From Lama glama (lineage: Eukaryota), in NCBI GenBank assembly GCA_028534125.1, contig CM052817.1, positions 10,976,001-11,040,000 of the forward strand: a stretch of DNA of 64,000 bases. Reading direction: 5' to 3'. Positions 1 through 12,714 of the stretch are shown here, one piece after another; the stretch's first letter is position 1, and each line of letters starts with the position of its first letter. The translations under genes and the position numbers were made by a program. The notes under the pieces are model-generated. The model made no database searches and was not told where the DNA came from. It saw nothing but the letters and a program-made list of their open reading frames with translations.

Positions 1-1527
1 TGTGCCTCTCTGCATGGATTCTGGATTCTCTGCTATTTGGGCATCTACCCTGAGTTGTATTAAGATATTTAAATGAGACCGTCTTGTGAAATGTCTTCAA
101 TCTGAAAGCAAATGTTAAAATTGTGGGGTCAGAGAAAGCCAAAGGCCCAAGAAATGAAATCAAAAAAAAAAAACCATTTAAAAATAACAAACAAAGCAAT
201 TGGTTATGGAGGATTATGAAGACAAATGGAATCTCTTTATCTCATTGTTTTATTTATTTACTTATTTACATGGCCATCTTGGTGCAAGGCAGGCTCTGAG
301 GGAGAATCTATGCCTCTGTAGGTGAACCTAGCACAGGAAATGGACAGAGTAGGGGGCTCAACAGTATTTGCTGAATCCAAATTGATTTTCCTAAGAGCGA
401 ATGCCTCTTGCTCTTCCCCAGCTCTAAAGCATCCTGCATTTTTGAGCCCAAGATGCAGGCTTAGCTTGAGGCTACAGAGAGAACAAGGTCAGGGTTAATT
501 AGGAACAGGCAAAATTCCCACAGTGACAGGAGTCAGGACTTTTGAGGACAAGCCCCTAGTGGTCATTACTCCAACGTCCTTATTCCATGGAAGAGGGAAC
601 AGGAGCCCCTGGGAAAGCACAGGGACTCTCCCACTGGCTTGGAGGGAGGAGGGAAGAATTTAATCAGTAAAGTCATCCAGGTTTCTTTGGGAACTTTAGA
701 TCCATTTCAAAGTGTAGAATGTTTACCTGGATTTTAAGATAAGAGCAAATCAGGGTACAGCACCGTGAGTCCTCTCTCCCAGGTCTGCATTTCCTTCTCC
801 CGCTGGTTTGGTAGCAAAAGAGCACATGAGACAGTGACAATAATAACCACTTGGGCAATTAGCAGGGAGCTTCCCCCTGGAAGGGGCTGGGGAACAGACT
901 GCAGAGACGCAGATCCTACCCAGCCAAGGTTACTTGCTGAATCAATAGTATCACTAGCAGGAGTCCCTGGAAGGAAGCTGCCCGCTGCAGAGCTGGCATT
1001 TCATCTGTCTCAGAGGGCCCCAGGTGCGCTTGTAAAGAAGTCAGATCCAAAGAGCAAAGGACCAGAAAAAGAGGGGGCTCGCCCAGCCCAAGCGAGGGGG
1101 AGGGTGAAGCCAAGGAGCAAACTCTGCTGGTAGGAGTCCCAGCAGCAGCCAGGCTGGGCGAGGGGACGGTCAGGGCTGTCACCCAAAGGAAGACTCAGAC
1201 CCTGCCACCAGCAGCACCTGCGAACACCAGGTCTGACCCTAGAAGAGCGACGGCTGTCAGGTGTTGTGCCCCCCAGTGCTGTGGGAAAAGGGGGAGACAG
1301 CAGTCTTGGGGGTGTGGGGCCGGTGCTGGGGCAGCTCTTCCCTGAAGGGGTCTAATAGCCCACAGGCAGGCTGAGGCTGCGGTAAGCTGTGGCCCGGGCT
1401 AGGCAGTTTGGGCTTTCTCCGGAGGGCAATGGGGAGCCATGGTGGGTTCAAAACATGGGAGTCTGCTGGTTTGGTGTGACTTCTCCGGAGGTTGTATGGA
1501 CAGCAGGTTAGCACACTGGGTCTCCAA

Positions 1528-1660
1528 GTGCAGTCAGTCCCCAACCAGCAGTATCATCAACACCTGAGAACCTGGGGGCATGCAAGTTCTCAGGCTCAGG
1601 GAATCAGAATCGGAGCAGGGGCTCAACAGCCTCTGTTTCAAGGAGTGTGGGAAGCACTGG
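1528..1660. mobile_element. MER5A-like hAT-Charlie DNA transposon remnant
   Basis: Degenerate MER5-like motifs accagcagtatcatcaacacctgagaac...gaatcagaatc...gaagcactg; recalled consensus, boundaries approximate. Confidence 0.45.
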
Positions 1661-1847
1661 GGCCGGGGCATCCATTAGGTACTGCTGCAAGGACCCTAGA
1701 GGGTGCTGACGGGAACTGAAGGTGGTGGCGGTGGTCCCTGAAAAGGGAGGGGGTGAGTAGCATTAGGAGGTCCCGGTGACACAGGGAGAGAGGGCAGAGG
1801 CGGCACAGGGAAATTCACAGGCTCCTTGTTCCTAGCTGGTTGCAAGG

Positions 1848-1866
1848 AGGCACCATCTGCTGGAGG
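1848..1866 (-). promoter_or_regulatory. Candidate CTCF motif (reverse)
   Basis: Minus strand reads CCTCCAGCAGATGGTGCCT; the core matches CCASYAGRKGGCRS apart from one C>T. Confidence 0.35.
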
Positions 1867-2079
1867 TAGGGAAAAAGGAGACGCGGGTTTGCATAAGAGG
1901 GTCCCCATTCCTTCCTTCCCTCCTCCATCTTCCCAGGCCCTCGTTCAGTTTCACCCCTGAGCAGTTCCAGGAGGAGTGTAAAGCCCAGTGTCCTAGCATG
2001 TAGTCACCCTAGGGAGGCTGCAGTTAGACCCGCTGGAGACAACCCCATCCTGGACATCAGCATTTGTGAATCACCAGAG

Positions 2080-2330
2080 TCTGGTGGTTACAAGACCAAG
2101 CCCTGGAGTCACCAACCGGGACTCACAGTGTCTGGTCCACCACTTACTAGCAGTATGACCTTGGGCAAGTTTCTCAGCCTCCATTTCCTCATCTGTAAAA
2201 TGGGGGTGGCAAGAACAGGGCACCTATTTTAGGCTTACGGTGAGGACAATGTGAGTTAGTAAATGTAAAGCATTTAAAGCAGTTCCTTCAGGGCCGAATC
2301 GGTATCAATCATTCACCACTATTATCATCA
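2080..2330 (+). mobile_element. MIR SINE
   Basis: Core ccacttactagcagtatgaccttgggcaagtt...ttcctcatctgtaaaatggg and 3' gtaaagcatttaaagcagt. Confidence 0.8.
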
Positions 2331-4264
2331 CTGTTGCCATTCTTATTATCCCTGAAGACGGGGAGACTTAGAGGAAATGATCAGACCCTCCCAGATGGAA
2401 GGACTGAAGGGGCCTCCGCCTTGGCTCTGTCTCAGCCATGTTCACTCCAGCCCTGGCTCCTGGGGGCGTGTGCTGCTGCCCTTCTCCTTCGACCCTACAT
2501 CCTCCCTTCCTTCTCTGCTTGCCTCCCCCTCCGCCTGGCTCTTCTCAGCTGGAATCAGTCAAAACCACCTAGGAGCTCAGGACACATTCAGTGGGTGGCT
2601 CGGCTTGAAGACAGCTCTTCCGGAGGGGAAACCCAGCTCTAATCCAGACACGTGTTGAGATGGATGTGGACCCGCAGGCCCGGGAAACAGGGTCCCTGTC
2701 CCCCAAAGCCCTCGGTCTGGAGGGTGAAATGTGGTCACGTACACAGACCCCCTCAGCACTGAGCGAGAAGAGCTGGCAGGGCGTACAGGGAGCAGCAAGA
2801 GGCCTCAAGGGGGGGGGGGGTTTGTCTCCACCGAGAACCCTCCCCCAATCCACTTAATAACCTGTGTTCTCACTCTGGAATTATCAAAGCCTAAGAACTC
2901 TGCTACTGGAAAAGGAAATGCCGAGACAGCACAAATTTAATTTTCTCGTAAATGTCCCGTCTTTTCTAATTTGGGTTTTGGAAGCAGGGCCCCTTGGCAG
3001 GAGGGGAAAAGGCTCAGTCCCAGCTCTGAGCGGGCGGCTCTTCTGGAGACATGGAAATAGCCCACGACCGAGGCGACGAGGGCACAAGCAAAGCGGACGC
3101 CTCCGGCAGCTGGGACTGATTGCACTCCCTGGATTCCACCGTGTTCAGCCGGAGAGACAGACGGACTCAAACAGAACCCCAGAGTGGGTTCCGAGAACTA
3201 AACAGAAAAGGAAATGCCTAGAGGCACAGGCAGAACTCTCCAGAGATAAAAAGGTTGTGGAAGGTGGAGAAGAAACACGAAGAGGCAAAGAAAAAAGACC
3301 CCAAATAAGAAAACTTCAGAGGAGGAAGGGCCTAGGAGATTGGTGAATGATGGAGAGAGCTCATAACTTCTTTCCAGCTGGTCCAAGGGAGCAGAGAAAT
3401 CTGATGATGAAAACTGGTACAAGAGCTCGAAGAAGGGTCAGGAGAAGACAGTGCATCTGATGGCCCAGCCTTAGGCCAGAATTACATGATGGTTCTCCCC
3501 AGCCTCGCTCAGAGGTGAGTGACCCACTGATTAGGAAAGAATGTGTTCTGTCATCCCTGCAGGGAAAATGGCTTATTTTTTTTTTTCTTTTTCCAAGCTC
3601 TGAAAAAGAATCCCCTCTTCCCATAGGTCTCATTCGCTGCACAGGAAGGCTGTTTTCACTGAGACACATCTGGGCAAACCAGAGCCTTCAACAGCATCTC
3701 GTAACAGCACGGGCACTTTATGTGGGAGAAATAATGAAACACCTTATTAGTGAAACAAATAGCAAAGTTCAAAAGGACGACTCAGGCAGAGAATGGAGGG
3801 AAATTGCTTCCTTCTGCACCCAACCCACAAGCACAGGTCCTTTCCAAACTGGGTGAGGGGGGGGATATTTTTTGTTGTCTTTTTTGTTTCTGTTTAGAGT
3901 TTAATATGTAAGACCATGACCATTGTTGCATTTCATATGCAGCATATGAACATATTCTCCCGTTATTAATCCACTGTAACAGGTGAATATGTCCTCAGAC
4001 CATCAAAAAGGACATTCCTTCTTCATCTCACTCATCTTAAAATATAAAGTTTATTTTCTATTAAAGAAAGTAATAAATGCACACTATAGGAAAAAAACAG
4101 CAGAAGAAAAATGGAACCAACCATTGTCCCACAAGGCAAAAACAATTACTTGTATCTTATAAATCTTCCCAGTCTTTTCACTCCTATATGTGCACTCTTC
4201 CATTGTTAAATTCTTTCCTGGAAAATCAGTGTTCATAGTAGAGCTACTTGGAATTTTTTTCCAA

Positions 4265-4838
4265 AAGGTATATAGGACATAGGGTATTCTTGGCTGCCCA
4301 GCATGTTTCCCCTTCTTTTGATAACTGTGCCCATATTATCTTTGGGATATTACTTTTCTATTGAATATACCTGATGGGAATGCCACTTGGAATGCCCTGT
4401 GTTCCCCTAATCATTGGGTAGGGAGTCTGGCCAAGTTAGACCATTTGGATGGTCTTGCTGAAATTTGAACCTTAAATGAAGTGACAGAGAGAGAAAGAAG
4501 AAAGAAGGAAAGACAGAGAGAGAGGAATGGAGGAAGGAAGGAGGAAAGGAAGGAAGGAAGAAAGAAAGGAAGTAACATAGGAAGGAAGGAAAGTGAAAGC
4601 TCACATATCCCAGTGCAATTTCCAAATAAAACCGTTGCATTGTTCTTGCCACCTCTCAACCCAACACTCCTTCATAAATGCCTTGAATCCTGTGCTTACT
4701 TCTCCAAACTTCTAGGCAGTTCTATGAACTCCTCCATGCCTTGTCAGCAAATTTCCTTTTTTTTTTTTTTTTGCTTAAGCAAATGGACTTTTTGCTTAAG
4801 TCCATTTCTGTTGCTTGCAACCAAAGAGTTCTGAATGA
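4265..4838 (+). mobile_element. Old MLT1 (MaLR) LTR with internal GA-rich low-complexity tract (4484-4596)
   Basis: 3' end tttgcttaag...tttctgttgcttgcaaccaaagagttctgaatgaa is typical of MLT1J/K/L-type LTRs. Confidence 0.55.
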
Positions 4839-5004
4839 AAATGTGGCTAAAAAGAGCACAGGGGCCAGGACACAATCAGGAAAAATCTGCCAATGGCTTT
4901 GCTATGACTTACAAAGCACTGCCACCATCCCAGGGTACCACGCTGCCTTTAACCAAGTTCTCTTCACTTACTCACAGAATCAGGTCTCGTATGCCAAGTT
5001 GGTG

Positions 5005-5450
5005 GTGTGGTAGACTGATTGCTGTGAAGACTGGTTTTTCACCCCTACATGTAAACATGTTTCCGACAATGTGAGATTTCAGAACCTCATCTGAAGAGGT
5101 GGTCTATCTCCCCTATTCCCGAAACTGAGCTGGCCTTGTAACTTTCTTTGGCCGACAAGATGCAGCAGAAATGAAGCTGTGTGCATTCTGAGCCTGGGCC
5201 CCAAGAGGCCTTGGGGTCTTCTACTCACTCTTTCAGATACCAGCCTGCTCCAGGAGAATAAGGCTGGTCTAGTCTGCTCGAGTCAGACAAGAGATGTCCT
5301 AGCCCCACTAGGCTGGAGCTGCCAGCTGACATTCCTACCGGCTGCAGATCCGTGAGCGAGTCCAGCCAAGATCAGCTAAGCCTGGCCTGGAGCAGCAGGG
5401 CTGTCCCGGTGATCTGTAGACTTCTGAGTGGAACAAATGCTACTGTTCTT
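5005..5450 (+). mobile_element. MLT1 (F/G/H-like) LTR
   Basis: Starts tgtggtagactg; contains ctggccttgtaactttctttggcc, gagtccagccaagatcagc and aaatgctactgtt. Confidence 0.65.
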
Positions 5451-6182
5451 CATACAAAAAAATAGTATAGGGGCAGTGAGAGATATTATATGTTATCTGA
5501 AGAAAATAGTAAAGGAATATTTTTTGAAAATATCATTTAATTACTTGGGGACAACCCCCTATCAGTTGAGACTCTCCCAGAAATGCCGTAAAACACAGGA
5601 TACTCCTAATATCTCACTTGCTTTAGCAGCTTGATAAGAATATATACGCTGATGTATTTGGAGTTAATTCTACCATACTGTTGCTGCTTTTTCTATTTCT
5701 TTTGAATTCCTGCCTCCTTTTGGATAGATTTAGTGTTCAATTTCCTCCTTTGTTAAATACATATATTTATACATATACAATATATATTCAAATGCATGCA
5801 ACTTACATATATAATTTATAATCTGTATTTATACATATAATATATGTAGCATCATTCTTTCAGTGGTTACTCTATAAAGACCACCACACGCAAACTTCAT
5901 TGATTCAAGTCTAATGTAAATGAGCATTTTGCCAGTGGACAACGCAAGCAACTTAGAATCCTTGACTTTGTCTCCTCTCCCCCCTTCCACCTTACATGTG
6001 GTGTTTGGTGCGTATTTGAGGTTCTGCGTAATGTCATCCTGCTCCAGGAAGGATTTATATTTGCTTTTGTCAGAAACCTAGGCTGAAAAGCCAACCAGAG
6101 GTTTTCAGAGATTGGGGTGGTTGGAAGCTGGGCTTCAGTCTGTGAGGGCTGGTTTATTTCCAGTTCTCCTTCACTCCTAATG

Positions 6183-6398
6183 AGAATGTCTCAAGTTCGG
6201 CACTACTGACATTTTAGACCAGGTCGTTCTTTGTCATGGGGGAGCCATCCGAGCATCGTAGGATGTTTAATGGCATCCCTGGCCAGTAGAGGGCACTAGT
6301 CCAATAGTCATCTGCTCAGCGGTGACAACCGAAAAAAGTCTCCAGACATTGTCCAATGTTCCCTGAAGGGGCAAAAACACCCGCATTGAGAACCATTG
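6183..6398 (-). mobile_element. MER20 hAT-Charlie MITE, near full length
   Basis: tctcaagttcggcactactgacatttt...gtaggatgttt...gtctccagacattgtccaatgttccctg...ttgagaaccattg matches the reverse complement of the recalled MER20 consensus. Confidence 0.85.
6280..6298 (+). promoter_or_regulatory. Strong CTCF motif within MER20
   Basis: TGGCCAGTAGAGGGCACTA fits TGGCCASYAGRKGGCRCTA at every position. Confidence 0.6.
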
Positions 6399-6814
6399 TC
6401 CTAGACTGTAGCCCTGCAGGACCCCCCAAAAGCCTCCAGCCCCTGAGGCCCTCAAAGCTCCACCCACTTCTCAGCCTCTTCATGGCCATGGCAGGATGAA
6501 GGGAAAACTGCTCCAACAGAGAGCTCACCCCTCCCAGGTCTCTCCTGTCACAGGTCCTGGGCCGGCAGATTCTCCCCGCATGTGAGCTGCCCCAGTGCCT
6601 TCTCACAGCTGTTTGCTCACTTTTCTAGTTCTCAGCAGAAGCACTGTTCTGAAGGGACTTAGTTCATCAGTGCAGAACTCAAGACTTACGGTCACTTGGA
6701 AGTAAACTCTTAAATAATTTTAGTTGAATATAGACACACAGGTCTGAAGGTATTCTGCAGAGCTCTTTGGTGCAGGGTACAAACAGGGACTATGTTACCA
6801 GTGATAATAGACCT

Positions 6815-6975
6815 GGGGGGAGGGTCTAGCTCAGTGGGACGAGTATGAGTTTAGCATGCACGAGGTCCTGGGTTCCATCCCTAGTACTTCCATTAAAAAA
6901 TAATAATAAAAATGTTTAAATTAATAAATAAAATAAACCTAATCCCCTCCGCCCAAAAAAAGAAAAAGAAAAAAA
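6815..6975 (+). mobile_element. tRNA-Ala-derived SINE (camelid vic-1-like)
   Basis: A-box tagctcagtgg, B-box ggttccatccc and A-rich tail; TSD core tgataataga at 6802-6811 and 6976-6985. Confidence 0.85.
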
Positions 6976-7792
6976 TGATAATAGATTTGATTCTTATAGG
7001 AATTTGCAACTGGATCATTCTTCGTGGTGGGGCACATTTGTGTGCATTGTAGGATGTTTGCTACCCTGACCCCCTGGTACAGATGATTAAAGTGTATCTG
7101 ATCTTAGAGAAGTCTACCCTCTAGCTGGTATAAGAGTACATGCACATTTTAAAAGCAAAAATAAAAGATTTCAGTTGAGCTACAAAGTACATACACAGAC
7201 CCTCCGAAAAGCATGTAGTGGAAAATTGGAGGAGATGTTGATTACAAGCTAAATTCAATCCCTTACTTTTTACCAGCTGTGTGACCTTGGCCAAGTCAAG
7301 GCTCAGGGTCTTCTGCAAAATGAGGCTGTGAAATTAGACAATTCATCACCACAGTCACTTCCAGCCTGACAGACAAGATGTCTATTAGAAAGCAGCTTGT
7401 GATAACTGAGCATACCAAATACAGACAAAGGGAAGCAGCATGTTTATGAAAAATCAGTCACATCTGATTGATCTATTCCCATTTCAAATGATGTGCCTAG
7501 CTGAGGAAGTAAAGGAAACCCATCAGACGTGGGGTATCTGGCTTCCAGATACACCTGACAAAACACATCAAAAAGTCCTTCTGGGGAAATTGGAGAAGCA
7601 AGGGCCTGATGAAAATACAGCTTGGACACTTTGTAACTAGTTGATTGCCAACACCCAAGAATTCTAATCGGCACAAAGCCGTGGATCTCTAAAGGCAGCC
7701 TCTGGTGTTACTCCCCAGGGAAACAGCAGCGTCTTCCCTGCCTGTTGCTGCTCTGTATCCATGGTTTGGATGACAATCAAGAAAGTGTTTCA

Positions 7793-7913
7793 AATATATG
7801 TATGCTTATGTGTGACTGGAATATTGTGCTGTACACCAGAGATAGACACATTGTAACCGGCTGTACTGCAATAAAAGTAAACAAATAATAATAATTAATA
7901 ATAATAATAATAA
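7793..7913 (+). mobile_element. Heavily 5'-truncated L1 3' end with (TAA)n tail
   Basis: tattgtgctgtacaccaga...acattgtaac...caataaa is shared with the other L1 ends in this window; perfect 14-bp TSD aagaaagtgtttca at 7779-7792 and 7914-7927. Confidence 0.85.
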
Positions 7914-9506
7914 AAGAAAGTGTTTCATCAGATGTATGGGTTTTTCAAAGATGGAATTCATAGATAAAGTGAACTCAAAATCATGTGCCTCCAGCTCCCC
8001 TTCAAGGGCCACCTTTCTCTTATAAGTGAAATGGTACTCAGTTTCCTTCTTCCTTGTCTGCCTCTGAGCCAGGTCACCCTCTTGCCTGCACCATCACCTG
8101 TGCCACATGGACCCTCTGGCTACGGAACTCCACTCCACACTTATTCCCCAGAGTACCACTAACACAAGACAATTGTGTGCAGCAGGTTTTACTAAAATTT
8201 TGGGGGTAGCAGAGGGTATTTAGAGCATGGAAGAGAAAGCAATTCAAATTTGTTTAGAGTAGCAAAATTATAAGCCTACCTGAAGCATGTTGTAAAGCTG
8301 TTTGAAAAGTAACTCAGCAAGTTTTGTGAATGGAAATGTAGTGCTCAAGTCACATATGGCTTTAAAAGGTTGTAACAAATACAAATGAATTAAAAAGAAA
8401 AAATAATAATAAAAAAAATAAAATCAGGTATCAATCAACCCCCTAGAAAGATACTTTCCGTTCCCCGCTGCAAAGAATGACTTCTGGTTTTGTGTCTCCT
8501 CCCTTTGCCTCAGCATCATGCAAAGTCACTCGGGTTCCTCCATCCCCCTTATACCACATTCCTGGACCCTGATAAGTTCTTGTCTTGGCTGCAACCGGGT
8601 GTTTGAAATTCTGCCTCCTTTTACTGCATAAGCATATTCCGATCTCATCTTTATCCATCCAGATATGTATGCCTAGGATGTGCTGGGGAAGCAGTAAGAA
8701 GGGGCTTGCATTCTTCAACTAAAAGGTCTACCAAGGAATTTTCCTAAACTATAGACACATCTATCCAAGAGATACATTTTGCCTTTAACATAACAGTAGA
8801 ATTTGAAAGGTCTTCTCTGACTCTGCAGTTCTGTGATTCCATGGTTTTACCTGATTTGTCTTCACATGGCTAAATGCTTAACAAACAACGAACACAACCC
8901 CCCCTCCACCCTCCCAGTCACGTATGGGAGGGTTAAGGTTCACAAATTGTGTGGACCAAAGATTCCTAGAATACAGTGATGGCTGTCATGCCTTTGCAAA
9001 TCTCCTTTCTTTGTGCATATGTACAAACCTGAATACTCTCATTCCTATTCAATAAACAGAAGCTTAAAATCCAGTCGAAGCATGAAGCAGTGACAGAGGA
9101 TGAAAGAGAGTAAAACTGACTGGGAGGGGAAAAAATATAAGCGCTAATCTACAGCCCAAGGGAGTAAAATGTCCACACCAAAAAAAAGGAGTGGTTTAAA
9201 TTAGATTCGGGTCTTGGGTCCCCAAATACCACTCTCTCCTTTTCCTCCGTGTTTGGTGCTGGCGGGGAGCTGCGAGCAGGCACTGCCAGCAGATATTTGC
9301 GTGCTCTGAGTGTTCTGCTGGGGAAGGGGGAGGTATCCAGGCAGATGCTCTAGTAAGTGTGGGTGAGTCTGACGTCAAGTTCATGGTGTTTCCGAATTCC
9401 ATCTCTCCAAATCCCGTCCAGAATGATGGACCCACTACCTGAGCCGTGTCCACCTTTGAAGTCTCTCCTACCCCCTCTATCACAGTAATGTTTCTTTTCT
9501 CTGATA

Positions 9507-9723
9507 AGATACTAACTACTAAATATAAAATAGATAAGCAGCAAGTTCATACTGTACAGCACAGGGAACTATATTCAGTATCTTGTAGTAACTTATAATG
9601 AAAAAGAATATGAAAAGGAATATACGTACGTATGTGTATGACTGAAATATGATGCTGCACACCAGAAATTGACATAACATTGTAAAATGGCTCTGCTTAA
9701 AGAAAAAGAAAAAGAAAAGAAAG
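9507..9723 (+). mobile_element. L1 3' UTR fragment
   Basis: tacagcacagggaactatattca...caccagaaattgacat is near-identical to 52753-52870; A-rich tail follows. Confidence 0.85.
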
Positions 9724-11599
9724 TCAGCATTTTGAGGGGGAAGAAAGAATTAAAGACTCTCGGAGGTTAAGCCTGGGCCGCCCTGTAAGACAGTATGATG
9801 TAGGTGTAGGCTTCCTCTTTGACAGGTGGAGCTTCTCAAAGGCCCCAAGAAGGTCTTCTCTCTGTGACCCGCTGGTCATCTACACCCCAGGCTCAGGGCA
9901 GCCAGTGCATGGCGGGCTCTGGAGAAATTGGTCAAGGATTCAACCCCGCCCACCTCCACCGGCTGGTCACTCTTCCCATTCGTGCATTCTTAGCTGGCAC
10001 CTTCATTCCTAAGTCTTTCTATCCAAGGCCTTGGCCAGAGGTCTTTGGGGACCTGAAGACCTCTGGACAAGGCCTCCTTATGAGGAAGAAAGGAAATCCT
10101 GAAGCCAAATTTTTCCACTCTGAGTACCCAGTATATTTCCACTTCTCAGACCTCTTCCGCCTCCCCCTCCCGGATCCCATAAAACTGCTGGAACCTTTTA
10201 TTCAAAGCTCCCCCCACAACCGGACGGGCCCCCGACGTTTGTGCTGATCAACCTGGCCCTCCACCAGGACACTGCCAAGCTGCGGGGGGAGGGGAGTGGC
10301 ACCCCTTTCTCCAGTTCAGCCTTTTGTTTATGCCATCACTAGAGTCTTCCCTGTTACTTCCATTTTGGCTCCTTGATGCTTTCCTTGGCCACTCCTACGC
10401 CTGGGAACTCAGGTGCTCTGCTGAGCTCCCGACATAAATAAATAAATTAAATAATCACACAGAATGAAATCAAATGTCAAATGGAATTTCTGGTGTTGCC
10501 TTAGAATTTTGGCCAAAGCCCAAAGCTGAGAACGAAAGGGGATACAGAAAGCCCACTGCACTCCCCTGCAAACTCTAACGAAAGGTACAGAGGGGTGCAG
10601 TTGCCACATCCTAGGAGGCAGCCAGACCGGTCTCTGGTCCTGTCACCCACAGTCCAGCCTTTGGTCCTGTGACTCCCCAGCCGGAGTAGAGGAGGGAAGC
10701 CTGGGAAATGGGATGGAACTGCAGGTGGGTGGTGACTGAGCCCCCTGGTCCCCAGGGCTGTCATGGCACCAGAGCAGAGCATGACGGTGGATTTCCTGGG
10801 GGAGATTTCCAGTATCCTGGTGCACAGAGCAGAGAAAGAGTCCAAAGGCGAGAGGTTGGCTGGAGCTGCCAGTGATGGTAAAGCAAAGGGAGGGGACTGT
10901 GCATGGAGTGTCACAGGGCAAGATGCCTCAAGTTCCCAGTGGGCAGAGTGGACAGTGTACACAGCCACCTGGCCTTAGTCATCTTGAAAGGACTACCCAA
11001 CCTAGGAGACAGAGGTGATGTGAGGCAAAGGATCTAAAAGGAACCATGGAGCCCAAGATTCATAGGAACACACGTGGGGAGAGAATTGCGGGAGGGAGGC
11101 TCCAGTGAAGGGCTGGAGGGGTCTTTTCTCAAGGAAGAACCCACAATTGTCTATCTTCCCCTCCCCACAGAGGACATTTGATAGTCAAGAAAACTGCCAA
11201 CAACACCAGCTACCCAAAAAATCTTATGCTTCATTCATTCCACATCCCTCCTCTTCAGGCTGACTCTGAAAACGTAGCAGAGATCAAGTAGGGAGTAGAA
11301 AGGGAAGGTGAAAAATGGAAGATCAGATCACTGCTCCTTCCTACATCTGGTCAATAGGACCTTACATCAAGCTTGAGTCTAAAAGAACAGAAAACTCCTT
11401 AAACTGGACAAGGAACTGAAGTTTTGACATTAAATTGGACTGGACTATTTCATATCTAAAAACAAGATGATTTGAGACTCAAAAATTATCATACAAGCCA
11501 TGGAATCTGCTTGCAATATCATCCTGGCAAATCCTTCCCAAGTAGGTTTGAAGCTGTGACAGGTGAAAAATAAAGTTATTTTCTGATCTTATCTTACCA

Positions 11600-12050
11600 A
11601 ATATAGCTTGTTCCAATGCCAGCAAGAGAAGTAAAAAAGAGACTGAGAGGGAGAGAAACAGGGATGATATCTGCTTTAGAAACTGCCACCCAGGAAGGCT
11701 GAGGAGGCAATGGGTAGGGGGAGAAAGAGCCACCTCTGTGAGGAGGGGTAAAGATCATTCCAGGCTGAGGGAAGATTATATGCAAAGGCCCTGAGGCAGA
11801 AAAGAGGAAACCACGGAACTATGAGGTCAGAAGCAGGACGGAGCACAGGGATGATGTTGGAGTCAGATTGTATGAGGTGACATGGTCCATGGTAAAGAGT
11901 TTGGTTCAGTTCCCAGGGCATCCAGAGTTTAAGCAGCAAAATGACATAGTACAACTTATATGTTTAAGATCACATTTTACATTGTTTGAAGAATAGATTG
12001 AGGGCAAGAGTAAACGCCGAGGCCTATTAGAAGGATATAATTACGTCATA
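11600..12050 (-). mobile_element. L2 LINE fragment
   Basis: Typical antisense L2 words cattccaggctgagggaa, tgcaaaggccctgaggcag and tttaagatcac. Confidence 0.65.
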
Positions 12051-12714
12051 GAAAAGGCACAATAAATTCTCAATGGTTGCTCTCCTCAAGTTTACAGACT
12101 TTGGAAAATCAGGAAGACTGGTGGCCATGGTGCTTCAGCCTCCCTATGACTAAAGCAACCTATTGAAATATAACAACAAAAACAAAAACAGAAAAAACTC
12201 TCTTGCATGAAGATCTGCTGTGCATTTGTAATGAGAGCTATGTAGCACGGTACATGCATGTACATAGATACTTCCTCTCTCAACCACGGAAGCTCAGAAC
12301 CAGACTTTATGTTCTAGTGCAGTAATTTTCTCACCTCTTCTCTCTCTCTAGATATACAGTTTCTAACCTGTCCTTAAACATGATTTCAACATGCTAATGC
12401 ATGCTTTGGCTTTTCATGAACCACTTCAAATCCATTTTAAAGATTTTTTGGACAACCTGCCACAAAGAGAAGAAGGAGATTTTTTAAAAATAAAATATGC
12501 TGCCAATTATAAAAAGAATTTTTGATGATTTTCCTCACCAACAGTTACACTGAGCAATCCACCTTTGGCCTGACCCCTTAGGACAACTGAGCCACACAGA
12601 CCAACTGCCAGCCCCTGAAGATGAGATGCAAACAGTGGTAAGACAATTTCCTGGTGTTTGAGACAATTTCCCAGGAAACCCCTCCCATTCGTATGTACTC
12701 CAGCCTAATTTTAA

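Noticed and set aside
2864..3346. 160-aa ORF
   Set aside because: Non-ATG start, low-complexity R/K/E-rich tail from purine-rich DNA, and no recognisable domain.
6815..6893. tRNA-Ala gene
   Set aside because: This is a SINE head with disrupted stems, an A-rich tail and a TSD; the same applies to the other three copies.
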